A DNA stretch of 64,000 bases from Patescibacteria group bacterium (GTDB taxonomy: Bacteria; Patescibacteriota; Patescibacteriia; Buchananbacterales; SURF-54). The notes under the pieces were generated by a model, which searched no databases, had not been told where the DNA came from, and worked only from the letters and a program-made list of their open reading frames with translations. A program made the translations under genes and the position numbers. The stretch lies in assembly GCA_018818885.1 (NCBI GenBank), contig JAHIRB010000007.1, positions 18,357 through 82,356 on the forward strand, given 5' to 3'. Below are positions 46,644 to 57,531 of this stretch, piece by piece; positions within the stretch are counted from its first letter, which is position 1, and every line of letters starts with the position of its first letter.

Positions 46644-46672
46644 TTGACAACATTATAAAATTGATATATACT
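46644..46672 (+). promoter_or_regulatory. sigma70-like promoter for rpmA (TTGACA-17-TATACT)
   Basis: near-consensus hexamers with 17-nt spacer 50 nt upstream of rpmA. Confidence 0.5.
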
Positions 46673-46721
46673 ATTTTTATCCTAAAAACTTATTACTTAC
46701 TTTAAAACTTACTACTAAACT

Positions 46722-47003
46722 ATGGCACATAAAAAAGCAGGCGGTTCCACAACTTATGGCCGCGATTCTACTTCAAAAAGACTAGGGATAAAACTTTACG
46801 CTGGCCAGCAAGCAAAAACTGGCAGTATTTTAGTGCGACAACGTGGTTCTAAACTTCGAGCTGGAGAAAATGTTAAAAAAGGCGGAGATGATACCTTATT
46901 TGCCACAACTTCTGGAATTGTAAAGTTTACCAAAAAGAAAATACGTAAGTACGACAATCGTCTTGAATGGGCAAAAATTGTAAACATTATTCCAAAAAAA
47001 TAA
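46722..47003 (+). CDS. rpmA: 50S ribosomal protein L27
   Basis: [16 protein letters not shown]... Confidence 0.9.
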   Translation: MAHKKAGGSTTYGRDSTSKRLGIKLYAGQQAKTGSILVRQRGSKLRAGENVKKGGDDTLFATTSGIVKFTKKKIRKYDNRLEWAKIVNIIPKK

Positions 47004-47015
47004 TCAGTCACTATA

Positions 47016-47052
47016 TAAAAAAACGATCCCTAAATTTGGGATTGTTTTTTAT
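47016..47052. terminator. bidirectional terminator-like hairpin between rpmA and pyrG
   Basis: A-run, gatccc/gggat stem, T-run. Confidence 0.5.
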
Positions 47053-47061
47053 TGTCTATCT

Positions 47062-48714
47062 TTATTTTCTGCTAGAGGCAGATCCGCCTTTGGCGTGTTT
47101 CTTGGCCGATTTTATAAATTCTACAAAAAGAGGATGTGGGTTTAGTGGGCGTGACCTAAATTCAGGATGGAATTGCACACCAACAAAAAATTTATGCTTA
47201 GGAATTTCCACTATTTCTACTAATTTTTTATCTGGCGAAAGACCAGCTAAAAGTAATCCTTTTTTAGTTAGTCTATCTCTATAAGCATTGTTAAATTCAT
47301 ATCTATGGCGATGACGTTCGTCAATTCTTTTTTTACCATAAGCTATAAAGCTTCTAGATTTTTTTGCTAAGACGCAAGGGTAACTGCCTAACCTCATGGT
47401 ATTTCCGTACTGTTTCTTAGCAAGCTTTTCTACTTGCTCTTCCATAATGTGAATAACCGGATGCTTTGTTTTTGGTTTTATCTCTGTACTATTAGCATCT
47501 TTTAATTTGGCAACATTACGAGCAAATTCAATTGTTGCCAGCTGCATACCATAACATAAACCGAAATAAGGAATATTGTTTTCACGTGCATATTTGATGG
47601 CTTTTATTTTTCCTTCTATACCTCTGCTGCCAAATCCTCCAGGTACAATTATGCCATCATAATTTTTAAGTTCCTTAACTTTAGCAGGATTTTTTTCGTA
47701 TTCATCTGAATTGACCCACTCGATAACTGGTTTAACTTTATTAGCCCAGGCTGCATGCTTTAACGACTCAATAACCGAAATATATGAATCAGCTAAAATA
47801 AAAGCGCCAGTTGCAAAATACTTGCCAACCATTGCAATCTTAACTTCTTTTTTAACTGATTTAGCCGTTCTAACTAATTTCTTCCAATCACCAAGATCCT
47901 TTTTTGGTTTTGCTTTCAAACCTAGTTTGGCAATTATTTTTTGGCTTAAGTTTTCTTTTTCAAAATTGATAGGTACTTCGTAAATTGAATCAACATCTGG
48001 AGCAGAAATTACATCTTGTGGCAAAACATTGCCAAAAACTGAAAGCTTTTGTCTGCGCTTTTCGTCTAGGGGTTTGGCAGATCTGCACAAAATAAAATCA
48101 GGTTGAATACCTGCTGAATTAAGAGTTCTTATTGCATACTGCGTTGGTTTTGTCTTCATCTCCCCTATTGTGCCGGGGATAGGAAGATAACTCACCATTA
48201 TAAATTGAACATCCAAAGGATTTTTTAAATGCATCATTCTAGCTGCTTCTAAAAACAAAATATTCTGATACTCTCCAACAGTTCCACCGACTTCGATTAT
48301 AGTAATATCTGCCTTAGATTTTAAGGCAGCTTTTTTTATTCTTCTAATTATTTCTTCTGGAATATGCGGTACAACTTCTACACATTTTCCGTTATATTCT
48401 AAATTTCTTTCTTTATGAATTACAGACTCGTAAATTCTACCGGTAGTCATATAATTTGCTCGGTATATATCTTGGTTTAAAAAACGTTCATAATTTCCAA
48501 TATCTTGATCAGTTTCGTCTCCATCTTCTGTTACAAAAACTTCACCGTGTTCAGTTGGGTTCATTGTACCTGCATCAACGTTTACATATGGATCAATTTT
48601 GATGGCAGTTACTTTATATCCTCTAGCCTGTAAAATTTTTCCTATTGATGCTGACGCTACTCCTTTACCCACACCTGACATCACGCCACCAACTACAAAA
48701 ATATATTTTGACAT
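47062..48714 (-). CDS. pyrG: CTP synthase
   Basis: 550 aa, N-terminal synthetase and C-terminal GATase (GLCYGMQ); C-terminal tail AKGGSASSRK encoded by REP-like palindrome. Confidence 0.9.
   Translation of the reverse strand: MSKYIFVVGGVMSGVGKGVASASIGKILQARGYKVTAIKIDPYVNVDAGTMNPTEHGEVFVTEDGDETDQDIGNYERFLNQDIYRANYMTTGRIYESVIHKERNLEYNGKCVEVVPHIPEEIIRRIKKAALKSKADITIIEVGGTVGEYQNILFLEAARMMHLKNPLDVQFIMVSYLPIPGTIGEMKTKPTQYAIRTLNSAGIQPDFILCRSAKPLDEKRRQKLSVFGNVLPQDVISAPDVDSIYEVPINFEKENLSQKIIAKLGLKAKPKKDLGDWKKLVRTAKSVKKEVKIAMVGKYFATGAFILADSYISVIESLKHAAWANKVKPVIEWVNSDEYEKNPAKVKELKNYDGIIVPGGFGSRGIEGKIKAIKYARENNIPYFGLCYGMQLATIEFARNVAKLKDANSTEIKPKTKHPVIHIMEEQVEKLAKKQYGNTMRLGSYPCVLAKKSRSFIAYGKKRIDERHRHRYEFNNAYRDRLTKKGLLLAGLSPDKKLVEIVEIPKHKFFVGVQFHPEFRSRPLNPHPLFVEFIKSAKKHAKGGSASSRK
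47071..47094. repeat. REP-related palindrome (gccaaaggcggatctgcctctagc) inside pyrG 3-prime end
   Basis: 27/30 nt identical to 55461-55490; related to 17408-17431 and REP core. Confidence 0.65.
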
Positions 48715-48730
48715 TTTTGTTTAATTAATT

Positions 48731-48802
48731 ATAGTTATTATAGTTATTATAGCGATAATAGTTTAAAATAATATCTCTACATCCACTCTAATCGCTCTAA
48801 TC
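48731..48802. repeat. short tandem repeats (tagttatta x2; ctctaatcg x2)
   Basis: direct inspection. Confidence 0.55.
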
Positions 48803-48810
48803 TTTCTAAC

Positions 48811-49257
48811 TTATTCCTCTAGTTTATTTACAATGATAGTAATTCTAGCCTCTAAGCCATGTGGCAGGTTTAGTATTACTTCATGTTCACCTACTTCTTT
48901 AATATGTTCAACAAGAATTTGATCTTTAGAAACCTCAAAACCTTTTTCTTTGAGGACAGATACGATTTTTGACGAAGTTATTGATCCAAATAAAGTTCCT
49001 TCGTCTGATGCTTTTGCAAAAATTTCGACTTCTTGGCCATCTATATTTTGAGCTAATTGTTCTGTTTTGACCAAATCTGCTTCTGCAATTTTGGCTTGTT
49101 TTTCTTTTTGTGCCTTTACTTCTTTAATAACTTCTGGTGTTGCGACTTTTGCTAATTCTTTAGGAAATAAAAAGTTTCTGGCATATCCGATATTAACATC
49201 GATAATATCGCCAGCTTCGCCTAATTTTTCTACATTTCTTAGTAAGATTACTTGCAT
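48811..49257 (-). CDS. rplI: 50S ribosomal protein L9
   Basis: MQVILLRNVEKLGEAGDII... Confidence 0.85.
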   Translation of the reverse strand: MQVILLRNVEKLGEAGDIIDVNIGYARNFLFPKELAKVATPEVIKEVKAQKEKQAKIAEADLVKTEQLAQNIDGQEVEIFAKASDEGTLFGSITSSKIVSVLKEKGFEVSKDQILVEHIKEVGEHEVILNLPHGLEARITIIVNKLEE

Positions 49258-49339
49258 AGCTTTTTTCATATTCCTCAATAAGTATATAAAAAAAAAGACT
49301 ATATTGCAAGAAATGCCTTTTATAAAATGTCAATAATAG

Positions 49340-49615
49340 CTAATGTTTAATATTAAAGTCTGAAAATTCACCTGTAACTTGAGAAAAATCTACCTGAACC
49401 TGTTTAACATTGGCTGATTTTACACCATCTTCACACCATTGCGCTAAACATTTGAGCTTCTCTTCTTCTCCTTCAGCAATTATTATAACACTACCATCTG
49501 GTTCATTTTTGACATATCCAGTTATTTTTAGATACTTAGCTTTTTCTACTGTATTTATCCGATAGCAGACATCCTGAACATTACCAGTAATTCTAATTTC
49601 TGCTTGTTTCTTCAT
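49340..49615 (-). CDS. acyP: acylphosphatase
   Basis: GNVQDVCYR...[11 protein letters not shown] motif pattern. Confidence 0.75.
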   Translation of the reverse strand: MKKQAEIRITGNVQDVCYRINTVEKAKYLKITGYVKNEPDGSVIIIAEGEEEKLKCLAQWCEDGVKSANVKQVQVDFSQVTGEFSDFNIKH

Positions 49616-49845
49616 ATTTTTCTAATGATACCTCTGGTTGCTAGCACTTCTACTTTATCTCCATCTTTAAATACTTTGGTAGCAATTTTTGTTCCTACAA
49701 CGCAAGGTATCTTTAATTCCCGCGAAACTATCGCTGCATGACATGTTAGTCCACCAACATTTGTTATAATTGCTCCAGCTTTTTTCATGGCAGGTACCAG
49801 CGCTGGATAAGTTGTTTCAGAAAGCAAGATATCTCCTTGATTCAT
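49612..49845 (-). CDS. stand-alone PEP-utilising-enzyme mobile (phosphohistidine swivel) domain protein
   Basis: [21 protein letters not shown]. Confidence 0.55.
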   Translation of the reverse strand: MNQGDILLSETTYPALVPAMKKAGAIITNVGGLTCHAAIVSRELKIPCVVGTKIATKVFKDGDKVEVLATRGIIRKI

Positions 49846-49931
49846 TTAACCATCAACTAACATAAAAACTGGAAATAAACTTACTTCGTATTCAGAAGCG
49901 ATTATTTCCCATTTTTCGTTTTTTTGCATAT

Positions 49932-51200
49932 TTATTCTGTCAATATTTCAATTGCTTTATCCATCTGTGTATCTACCCCGTTTTCAAAATCTTCTCTAGT
50001 TAATTTTACTTCAACATCTGGAACAATGCCTTCTTCGTTTATATTTGAACCGCTGGGTGTTAACCATTCAGCAATAGTAAGTTTTATCGAAGACCCATCA
50101 TCTAATTTGCGTAAATCTTGAACTGATCCCTTACCAAATGTTTGTTCACCTACAAGTTGTGCTAATTGGTAGTCTTGCAAAGCACCAGCTACGATTTCAG
50201 ACCCAGAGGCTGACCCAATATTTACCAAGACCACTGTTGGAATATTCTTAAATGGCGCGCTACCGCGTGGTCGATGTCCTTCTTGATAGCCATCTCTTTT
50301 CTTTTCAAATACTACCACATCATCCTCTACCCAGGCACCTGCTACTTCAATGGCTGTTCCTAAAAAACCTCCCGGATTATTTCTTAAATCTAAAATTATT
50401 CCATTTGGATTATATTGGATAACTTCATTTATTACTTTGTTAAATTCATCTAAAGTATCTCCATTAAAATATTTTACTTCTATGTATGCTAACCTATTTT
50501 CTTTTTGCTCCCACTCAACTGAAACAACATCAATTTTATCTCTTACTATGCTGATATCAAAAGGTTCGTCTACTTCGTCCCTAAATATTTTTAAAATTAC
50601 TTCTTCACCTTTGGGGCCACGAATTTTGTTTATTGCTTCGTCTAATGTAATGTTGAAAGTACTTTCTCCATCAATGGCAATTACACTATCACCTGCCTTC
50701 AAACCAGCTCTATCTGCTGGTGTATCAGAAAGAGGAGCGATTATTGTTAGTTGATCTTTCCTAATGCCAATTTCTGCACCAATACCTTCAAATGACCCGG
50801 AGAGCTCTTCGTCGAATTTCGCAGCTACTTCAGGTTCTAAAAATACTGAATAAGGATCACCTAAAGATGATACCAACCCCTCCAAAGCTCCGTAAAATAA
50901 ATCTTGATCTGAAATATCTTCTTTAACATAATTTTGCTTAATATGGCTCCAGGTATCAAAAAATAAATTAAAATCAACATCTAACTCAGAAACATTAGGA
51001 TATTGAGTAAGCAATTGTTTGGTGCTGATATTTTTTGTGTAACCTTCCAAACCAAACATATAACCTGCGGAAAATCCAAGAATAATTAGTACTGAAACTA
51101 AAAAGATCATTACAACTACCTTAAAAGGATGTTTTTTCGGTTTTTGATTTTGATTTTGTAAATTTGGCATTTTTTTATATTCTTTTAATATCAGCGCCAA
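49932..51200 (-). CDS. carboxyl-terminal processing protease (S41 family, PDZ domain)
   Basis: N-terminal TM, PDZ, catalytic GSASGSE and K. Confidence 0.8.
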   Translation of the reverse strand: MALILKEYKKMPNLQNQNQKPKKHPFKVVVMIFLVSVLIILGFSAGYMFGLEGYTKNISTKQLLTQYPNVSELDVDFNLFFDTWSHIKQNYVKEDISDQDLFYGALEGLVSSLGDPYSVFLEPEVAAKFDEELSGSFEGIGAEIGIRKDQLTIIAPLSDTPADRAGLKAGDSVIAIDGESTFNITLDEAINKIRGPKGEEVILKIFRDEVDEPFDISIVRDKIDVVSVEWEQKENRLAYIEVKYFNGDTLDEFNKVINEVIQYNPNGIILDLRNNPGGFLGTAIEVAGAWVEDDVVVFEKKRDGYQEGHRPRGSAPFKNIPTVVLVNIGSASGSEIVAGALQDYQLAQLVGEQTFGKGSVQDLRKLDDGSSIKLTIAEWLTPSGSNINEEGIVPDVEVKLTREDFENGVDTQMDKAIEILTE

Positions 51201-52455
51201 TTAAATTTAGGCGCAGATCGATTTTTTCGTATCCCCTATCTACTTGATAGATGTTTGATATTTTTGATTTACCTTCTGCCACTAACGCGGCGATGACCAA
51301 GGTCGCACCTGCTCTAAGGTCGGACATTTCCATTTCTTGTCCTGTTAATTTTGATGGCCCGACTATAATTACCCGATGAGGATCACATATTGTTGCATCT
51401 GCTCCCATTTTGATAAGTTCGTTAACATACTTTAGCCTACCCTCATACATCCATTCGTGAATTAAGCTTGTACCTTCTGCCTGTGTCATCATAACAGCAA
51501 AAGGCGGCAATAAATCCGACATAAAGCCTGGGTAAGGCATATCATGCACTCTTTTTACAGCCTTGAGCTTTGAGGCCTTGATTACTATATCTACTAATTT
51601 GTAATGATCTGCTTTTCCTACTTCTTTTATTTCGAAATCTACATTGGCTAGACGAAATTTTTCCATTTCAAGTCGCAAGAAATCAACTGTCGTATGTTTA
51701 ATAGTTATGTTGGATTTAGTAGCAGCTGCTAATGAAATAAATGTTCCAGTTTCAATGGGATCTGGAATTACATTATATTCTATACTTTTTAAATTTTTTA
51801 CTCCCTTAATTTCTAAATCGTGTGAATTCACTAATTTGATTTTTGCTCCTGCTTTATTTAAAAAAGTACACAAATCCTGTATTGAATAACCATAGTCTGC
51901 ATTAAGTAGTTTAATTTTATATTTGCCAACAGTCATGGCCAGTATAACATTGGCAGTGGCAGTAACAGATATTTCTGTTAGTAAAATTTCTGACAGTGGA
52001 TCTTTTGTCTTTTCAAAATATAAAAACTTTTCATCTTGTTTAACAACAAAACCGCATTTCTCAAGAGCTAGTATGTGAGTGTCAAAAGACCTTGCACCAA
52101 TCTGGCATCCACCTGGATAAGGCATTTTAATTGTTTGAAACCGATTAATTAAGCTACCAATAAGTAGCACTGAGGATCGTAATTTGCAGACTGATTCAGA
52201 ATTCATTTTCGTTGGATCTATATTGGCATTATCAATGCTTAGCTTATTTTCTCCAATCCATTCTGCTACAGAACCCATGCTTTCCATGATTTCTAACATA
52301 CGATTAACATCCTCAATTTTGGGCACATTATCTAAAGTTGTTTTTCCGTCAAATAAAAGAGAGGCTGCAATTAAGGCAGTTGCAGCATTTTTTGCGCCAC
52401 TTACAGTGATTTCTCCTGATAGTGGCTTATTGCCTGTTATTTCGAAATTCTCCAT
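51175..52455 (-). CDS. murA: UDP-N-acetylglucosamine 1-carboxyvinyltransferase
   Basis: 426 aa EPSP-synthase fold, KNAA N-terminal motif. Confidence 0.9.
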   Translation of the reverse strand: MENFEITGNKPLSGEITVSGAKNAATALIAASLLFDGKTTLDNVPKIEDVNRMLEIMESMGSVAEWIGENKLSIDNANIDPTKMNSESVCKLRSSVLLIGSLINRFQTIKMPYPGGCQIGARSFDTHILALEKCGFVVKQDEKFLYFEKTKDPLSEILLTEISVTATANVILAMTVGKYKIKLLNADYGYSIQDLCTFLNKAGAKIKLVNSHDLEIKGVKNLKSIEYNVIPDPIETGTFISLAAATKSNITIKHTTVDFLRLEMEKFRLANVDFEIKEVGKADHYKLVDIVIKASKLKAVKRVHDMPYPGFMSDLLPPFAVMMTQAEGTSLIHEWMYEGRLKYVNELIKMGADATICDPHRVIIVGPSKLTGQEMEMSDLRAGATLVIAALVAEGKSKISNIYQVDRGYEKIDLRLNLIGADIKRI

Positions 52456-52587
52456 ATTCTTAATCAGCTATAATATATTTAATTCGCTCAAAGCTATATA
52501 ATAGTCCAATGCTGTAACGAAAGTGGATAATTTGATACAATGTTATTATAATAGTTATTAGTGTAATTTTCAAGACTTAACACTTTT

Positions 52588-53949
52588 ATGAAACTTTGGC
52601 GAAGAAGAGCAGTATATATATCTTTTTTTGTTATATTTTTTATTGGTGCTCCAATACTGATATTTTATACTGCTGGATACAAATTTAATTTTAAGAATTT
52701 TAAGGTTGAAAAAACCGGTATTTTAGTTTTGGAAACAAAGCCAAAAGATGCGAAAATTTATATTAATGATAATCTGGTTGAATACACTACTCCTGCACAG
52801 ATTAATAATTTTCTACCAAATTTTTACCACATTAAGCTTCAAAAAGAAGGTTATCACTCATGGCAGAAAACCTTAAAGTTAGAAAGCAACTTAACTACAT
52901 TTGCTAAAGGAATAATTTTATTTAAACAATCTCTGCCGATCTTAAAGACTTCAGGTGATATTGTTGATATAAAGTACTTGTCTGGTAAGGATAGTGTCTT
53001 GTACTTACTTAAAGACCAAGAAAGATATGAACTCAGGCTATTAAATTTAAATTCAGAAAACGATCAACTTGTTTATAAATTTTTAGCTGGAGAAAATATT
53101 AATTTTAAAAATATTAAGACATCGTCTAATCAAAACAAAATTCTAGTAAATATTAATACTTCCATACCCAAAATTTTAGTAATTAACATAAATACATTAG
53201 AAAGTTCTGATTTATTTGAATTAACTAAAACCAGTTACGAACTAATTCGTTGGAGTGATACTGGTGATGGTGTCATCTATGGCTACAATGCTGGTATACT
53301 TTATCAGATTGACTTAGTTACAAATATTGTAAGCAGAATACTTGCAGCACAAATCAATGATTTTAAAATTGAAAACTTGTATGCTTATTACATCTCACCC
53401 GATAATTTGATCACAAAGATTAATACCATAAATTCAGATGAGATAGAATCTGTGAAATTACCAGCTAATAGTAATTTTTCGTTTGATCTTGAGCCATCTG
53501 ATTATCTTTCTTTAATTGACAAACAAAGCGGTGAATTAATAATATTAGATGATAACGTTTTTGAAACCGAAGATAATGTTTTAGATTCAATTATCATGCA
53601 GGCAGATACTTTTAATACGGTTTGGACCAAAGAAAGTAAAAACTTACTACATTATACTGATTTTGAACTTTGGGTATATAATTTTGATAGTTCAGAAAAT
53701 ACACTGCTGAATCGTATGAGCAAGGATGTTTTAAATGCTTTCTGGTATACTGATAACAAATACGTAGTATATCAAACAAATAATGAAATAAAAATAACGG
53801 AACTGGATTCAAGGGATAAAAGAAATGATACTGTGTTGACAAAGATGGAAAATATTTATGATAGTTTTTTAAGTGATGACGGCGAAAAAGTATATTTTTC
53901 TGGAGTGTTGGGAAATCAACAAGGGATATTTGAACTGCAGATACGTTAA
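52588..53949 (+). CDS. PEGA-domain membrane-anchored protein
   Basis: TM then KIYINDNLVEYTTPAQI...KEGYHSW PEGA-like segment. Confidence 0.5.
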   Translation: MKLWRRRAVYISFFVIFFIGAPILIFYTAGYKFNFKNFKVEKTGILVLETKPKDAKIYINDNLVEYTTPAQINNFLPNFYHIKLQKEGYHSWQKTLKLESNLTTFAKGIILFKQSLPILKTSGDIVDIKYLSGKDSVLYLLKDQERYELRLLNLNSENDQLVYKFLAGENINFKNIKTSSNQNKILVNINTSIPKILVININTLESSDLFELTKTSYELIRWSDTGDGVIYGYNAGILYQIDLVTNIVSRILAAQINDFKIENLYAYYISPDNLITKINTINSDEIESVKLPANSNFSFDLEPSDYLSLIDKQSGELIILDDNVFETEDNVLDSIIMQADTFNTVWTKESKNLLHYTDFELWVYNFDSSENTLLNRMSKDVLNAFWYTDNKYVVYQTNNEIKITELDSRDKRNDTVLTKMENIYDSFLSDDGEKVYFSGVLGNQQGIFELQIR

Positions 53950-53956
53950 ATCTATT

Positions 53957-53994
53957 TGTCATCCTGAACGAAGTGAAGGATTTCACCTTTGACA
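53957..53994. repeat. TGTCATCCTGAACG hairpin family member
   Basis: tgtcatcctgaacgaagtgaaggatttcacctttgacaa. Confidence 0.45.
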
Positions 53995-54080
53995 ATAAGC
54001 ATGGGTAAGATTCATCCGGTTCGATTATAATAACAAAAACAAAACAGACAATATTCATTTGTCTGATTTTTTATTCTTTA

Positions 54081-54794
54081 TTACTTCTTCGCCAAGTAAT
54101 TGGCAGTATCAAGCATGCTATCAAAACTCTCACCAGCATCTCCCCAGAAACCAGTTAACTTCTCGTAGGTCATCTCACCCTTTTGTATATAGTTATTATT
54201 GACATCAGTAATCTCTAATTCTCCCCTACCAGAAGGTTTTAGATCAGTAATAATATCCCACACTTGAGCATCGTACATGTATAGACCTATGACAGCTAAA
54301 TTAGTTTTTGGACTTTCTGGCTTTTCTTCTATGTTAACTATTTTTTCACCTTCTATTTCTGCTACTCCGTAGCTTTTAGGATTATCTACCTCTGACAAAA
54401 AGATTTTGGCGCCTTTTTCTTGATGTTGAAAATTTTCAACTACTGACTTAATATTATCTTCTACTACGTTATCACCCAAAATAACGAGAATCTTTTCATT
54501 ACCAGCAAATTCTTTACATAGACCTAAGGCTTGAGCAATTCCGCCAGGTTTTTCTTGTAAGCCATAAGTAAACTTCGCTCCAAATTCAGAACCATCTTTT
54601 AGTACTTCTAAAAAATCTTCTTTATGATTTACGCCAGTAACAATCATTATTTCTGTAATGCCAGCAGAAACCAAAGTAGTTATGGGATAAAAAATCATCG
54701 GCTTATTATAAACCGGCAAAAGATGCTTATTTGTAACTAATGTTGTGGGGCGAAGTCGTGTGCCTTCTCCGCCTGCTAGTATGATGCCTTTCAT
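54081..54794 (-). CDS. sugar-phosphate nucleotidyltransferase (RfbA-like short form)
   Basis: GIILAGGEGTRLRP motif. Confidence 0.75.
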   Translation of the reverse strand: MKGIILAGGEGTRLRPTTLVTNKHLLPVYNKPMIFYPITTLVSAGITEIMIVTGVNHKEDFLEVLKDGSEFGAKFTYGLQEKPGGIAQALGLCKEFAGNEKILVILGDNVVEDNIKSVVENFQHQEKGAKIFLSEVDNPKSYGVAEIEGEKIVNIEEKPESPKTNLAVIGLYMYDAQVWDIITDLKPSGRGELEITDVNNNYIQKGEMTYEKLTGFWGDAGESFDSMLDTANYLAKK

Positions 54795-54932
54795 AATGAT
54801 CTAATTATATCACAATGCTTAATTTTATTTAAATATGATTATTTTGTCAATTGAAACTTAAGCCATTGCTTTTTATCAAATAAAGATATATACTAACTGC
54901 TGATCATAATTAATTACTAATTTAAACAAAAT

Positions 54933-55511
54933 ATGAGAAACTTCAACAAAAACAACAGATCTAGTGGGGGTGGTTATAACAGAAGAGATTCTGGTAGACC
55001 AGACATGCACCACGCTGTTTGTGACAAATGCGGCAAGGATTGCGAAGTCCCGTTTAAACCTACTGGTGACAAACCAATCTATTGTAGTGATTGTTTTAAA
55101 AATGTCGAACCTAAAAGATCAGGTGGTCGTGATTTTCAAAGATCTAGTTTTGCGGATAAAAGAATGTATAAAGCTACTTGCGATAAATGTCATAATGAAT
55201 GCGAAGTACCTTTTATGCCAACTAGGGGTAAACCAGTTTATTGCGACAACTGCTTTGTAAGAGAGGATAAACCAAATTCAAGAGGTGGTAGCCCATCTAA
55301 CGATCAGCTTGCTAAAATTAACGCCAAACTAGACGAAATTTTAAAAGCCTTAGGCACAAAAGTAAAGCCAGAAAATAAGGAAGTGCCAGCAAAAGAAGAT
55401 AAACCAAAAAAGTCTGCAACGAAAAAAACTACTACCAAAAAGCCAGTAGCAAAGAAATCCGCCAAAGGCGGATCCGCCTCCGGCAGAAAAGTGGTTAAGA
55501 AAAAGAAATAA
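54933..55511 (+). CDS. tandem zinc-ribbon (CxxC-x17-CxxC x2, zf-trcl-like) Lys-rich protein
   Basis: two copies of CDKCxxxCEVPFxPTxxKPxYCxxCF; tail AKGGSASGRK encoded by REP-like palindrome. Confidence 0.6.
   Translation: MRNFNKNNRSSGGGYNRRDSGRPDMHHAVCDKCGKDCEVPFKPTGDKPIYCSDCFKNVEPKRSGGRDFQRSSFADKRMYKATCDKCHNECEVPFMPTRGKPVYCDNCFVREDKPNSRGGSPSNDQLAKINAKLDEILKALGTKVKPENKEVPAKEDKPKKSATKKTTTKKPVAKKSAKGGSASGRKVVKKKK
55461..55484. repeat. REP-related palindrome (gccaaaggcggatccgcctccggc) inside CDS 3-prime end
   Basis: see 47071-47094. Confidence 0.65.
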
Positions 55512-55524
55512 CAAACTCACATAC

Positions 55525-55560
55525 AAAAAACTCTCCCGCGAGACAGGAGGGTTTTTTGTT
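55525..55560 (+). terminator. rho-independent terminator
   Basis: aactctcc/ggagggtt stem followed by ttttttgtttt. Confidence 0.55.
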
Positions 55561-55666
55561 TTACGAGGGTGAAGCATGATATATTGACAAATAAAATAAT
55601 TTTTGCTATATTTAATTCTTGATAACAAGGTTTTTTGAAACGGCCTTTTATTTTTTTATTAAAATT

Positions 55667-57460
55667 ATGGAATACAAAGAAACAAGAAATATAGCTATCA
55701 TTGCTCACGTTGACCACGGTAAGACAACCTTAGTTGATGCAATGATGAAGCAAACCGGAATGGTAGAAGATGGCGTTAGTATGGATTCCAATACTCTAGA
55801 AAAAGAACGCGGCATTACTATTTATGCTAAAAATGCTTCATTAATCTATAAAGAAACTAAAATTAACATCGTGGACACACCTGGCCACGCTGATTTTAGT
55901 TCTGAGGTCGAACGTGTTTTACGTTCTATTGATTCAGTTCTACTTATTGTTGATGCACAAGAAGGCCCCATGCCTCAAACTAGGTTTGTTTTAAAAAAAT
56001 CTTTAGAGCTTGGTTTAAAACCAATAGTTGTTTTAAATAAAATTGATAAACCAGCTGCAAACCCCAACAAAGCCCATGATGATGTTTTAGAATTATTTAT
56101 GGATCTTGGAGCAAACGACAAACAGCTGGATTTTGTTACTATTTATTCCATTGGTATCAAGGGGATAGCCATGAAAAGTTTAAATGATAATACCAAAGAT
56201 ATTACTCCATTACTTGATACTATTTTAGAACATGTGCCTCCATCCCCTCATGACACCAAGGCTCAGCTTAGAATGCAACCTTTTAATCTAGCGTACGACG
56301 ACTATTTGGGTCGTTTAGCAATTGGCAGAATTTACGAAGGTAAGATTTCTAAAACACAAAAAGTTGTTGTTAAAAATTCAGAAGGAAAAAACAGAAAAGC
56401 AAGTATTACCAAACTTTTTACTTTTTATGGTTTTGAAAGGCAAGAAGTTCAAACAGCTAATGCTGGGGACATCATAATGGCTGCGGGGATAGAAGATATT
56501 GATATTGGTGAAACAATTTGTGAAAGTGAAGATCAAAAAGCTTTACCAGCAATTTCAATTGACGAACCCACAATTTCTTTAGACTTACTTGTAAACAACT
56601 CTCCTTTTGCCGGTTTGGACGGAACCTATGTTACAAACAATCAGCTCAATGAGCGACTAAGAAAAGAATTAGAAGTAAATGTCGGCTTAGTCATTGATTT
56701 TTCTTGCGGGGACAGCTATCGAATTCATGGTCGTGGCGAAATGCATATAGCAATTTTGCTAGAAAACATGAGACGAGAAGGATACGAAATGCAAATTTCT
56801 CAACCACATGTTATCACAAAAACAATTAAAGGTAAGTTACACGAACCATTCGAAGAAGTAACTATTGATATTCCAAGTGAATTTTCTGGTCTAGTAATTG
56901 AAAAACTTTCTAAGCGTGGTGGCAGGATGACAGACATGCATCAAAGTGAAACTCAAAATCGTTTGTTGTTTGAAATCCCAACCAGAGGAATACTTGGCTA
57001 TCGAGGTGAATTTATTATTGACACTCGAGGCGAAGGTATAATGGCTTCTAGAGTTATTGATTTTAAACCCCATGTAGGAAATATACAAAAGAAAAGTACT
57101 GGTTCTATGATTTCAATGGCAACTGGAAAAGCTTTAGGGTTTTCACTTGATAATTTGCAAACTCGTGGAAAATTATTCATTGGGCCAACAGTTGAAGTTT
57201 ACGAAGGCATGGTTATTGGTAATGTCTCCAAAGGAGATGATATGGCTGTAAACCCAATCAAAGGTAAACAATTAACTAACATGCGTTCTTCTGGTGCTGA
57301 TGATGCAATTTCCTTAACTCCTCCAATTAAATTAACTATTGAAAGTGGTATGGAAATAATGAATGATGATGAATATTTAGAAATTACTCCTAAAAATATT
57401 AGGCTTAGAAAACAGCTTCTTAAAGAGGTTGATAGAGTTAGAGCTTTTAGAAAAAAATAA
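55667..57460 (+). CDS. typA: translational GTPase TypA/BipA
   Basis: [26 protein letters not shown]-motifs; ATG at 55667 preferred over TTG. Confidence 0.9.
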   Translation: MEYKETRNIAIIAHVDHGKTTLVDAMMKQTGMVEDGVSMDSNTLEKERGITIYAKNASLIYKETKINIVDTPGHADFSSEVERVLRSIDSVLLIVDAQEGPMPQTRFVLKKSLELGLKPIVVLNKIDKPAANPNKAHDDVLELFMDLGANDKQLDFVTIYSIGIKGIAMKSLNDNTKDITPLLDTILEHVPPSPHDTKAQLRMQPFNLAYDDYLGRLAIGRIYEGKISKTQKVVVKNSEGKNRKASITKLFTFYGFERQEVQTANAGDIIMAAGIEDIDIGETICESEDQKALPAISIDEPTISLDLLVNNSPFAGLDGTYVTNNQLNERLRKELEVNVGLVIDFSCGDSYRIHGRGEMHIAILLENMRREGYEMQISQPHVITKTIKGKLHEPFEEVTIDIPSEFSGLVIEKLSKRGGRMTDMHQSETQNRLLFEIPTRGILGYRGEFIIDTRGEGIMASRVIDFKPHVGNIQKKSTGSMISMATGKALGFSLDNLQTRGKLFIGPTVEVYEGMVIGNVSKGDDMAVNPIKGKQLTNMRSSGADDAISLTPPIKLTIESGMEIMNDDEYLEITPKNIRLRKQLLKEVDRVRAFRKK

Positions 57461-57477
57461 CTTAAGATATTCCGAAT

Positions 57478-57511
57478 AAAAAACTTCCCCGTTTTGCGAG
57501 GGAAGTTTTTA
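57478..57511 (+). terminator. rho-independent terminator
   Basis: cttccc/gggaag stem + ttttt. Confidence 0.7.
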
Positions 57512-57531
57512 ATTTGACGATATTTCTTCTA

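Noticed and set aside
46372-46653. Full-length 93-aa version of the small ORF divergent from rpmA
   Set aside because: Its first codons overlap the near-consensus rpmA promoter spacer. The shorter internal-Met version was kept at low confidence.
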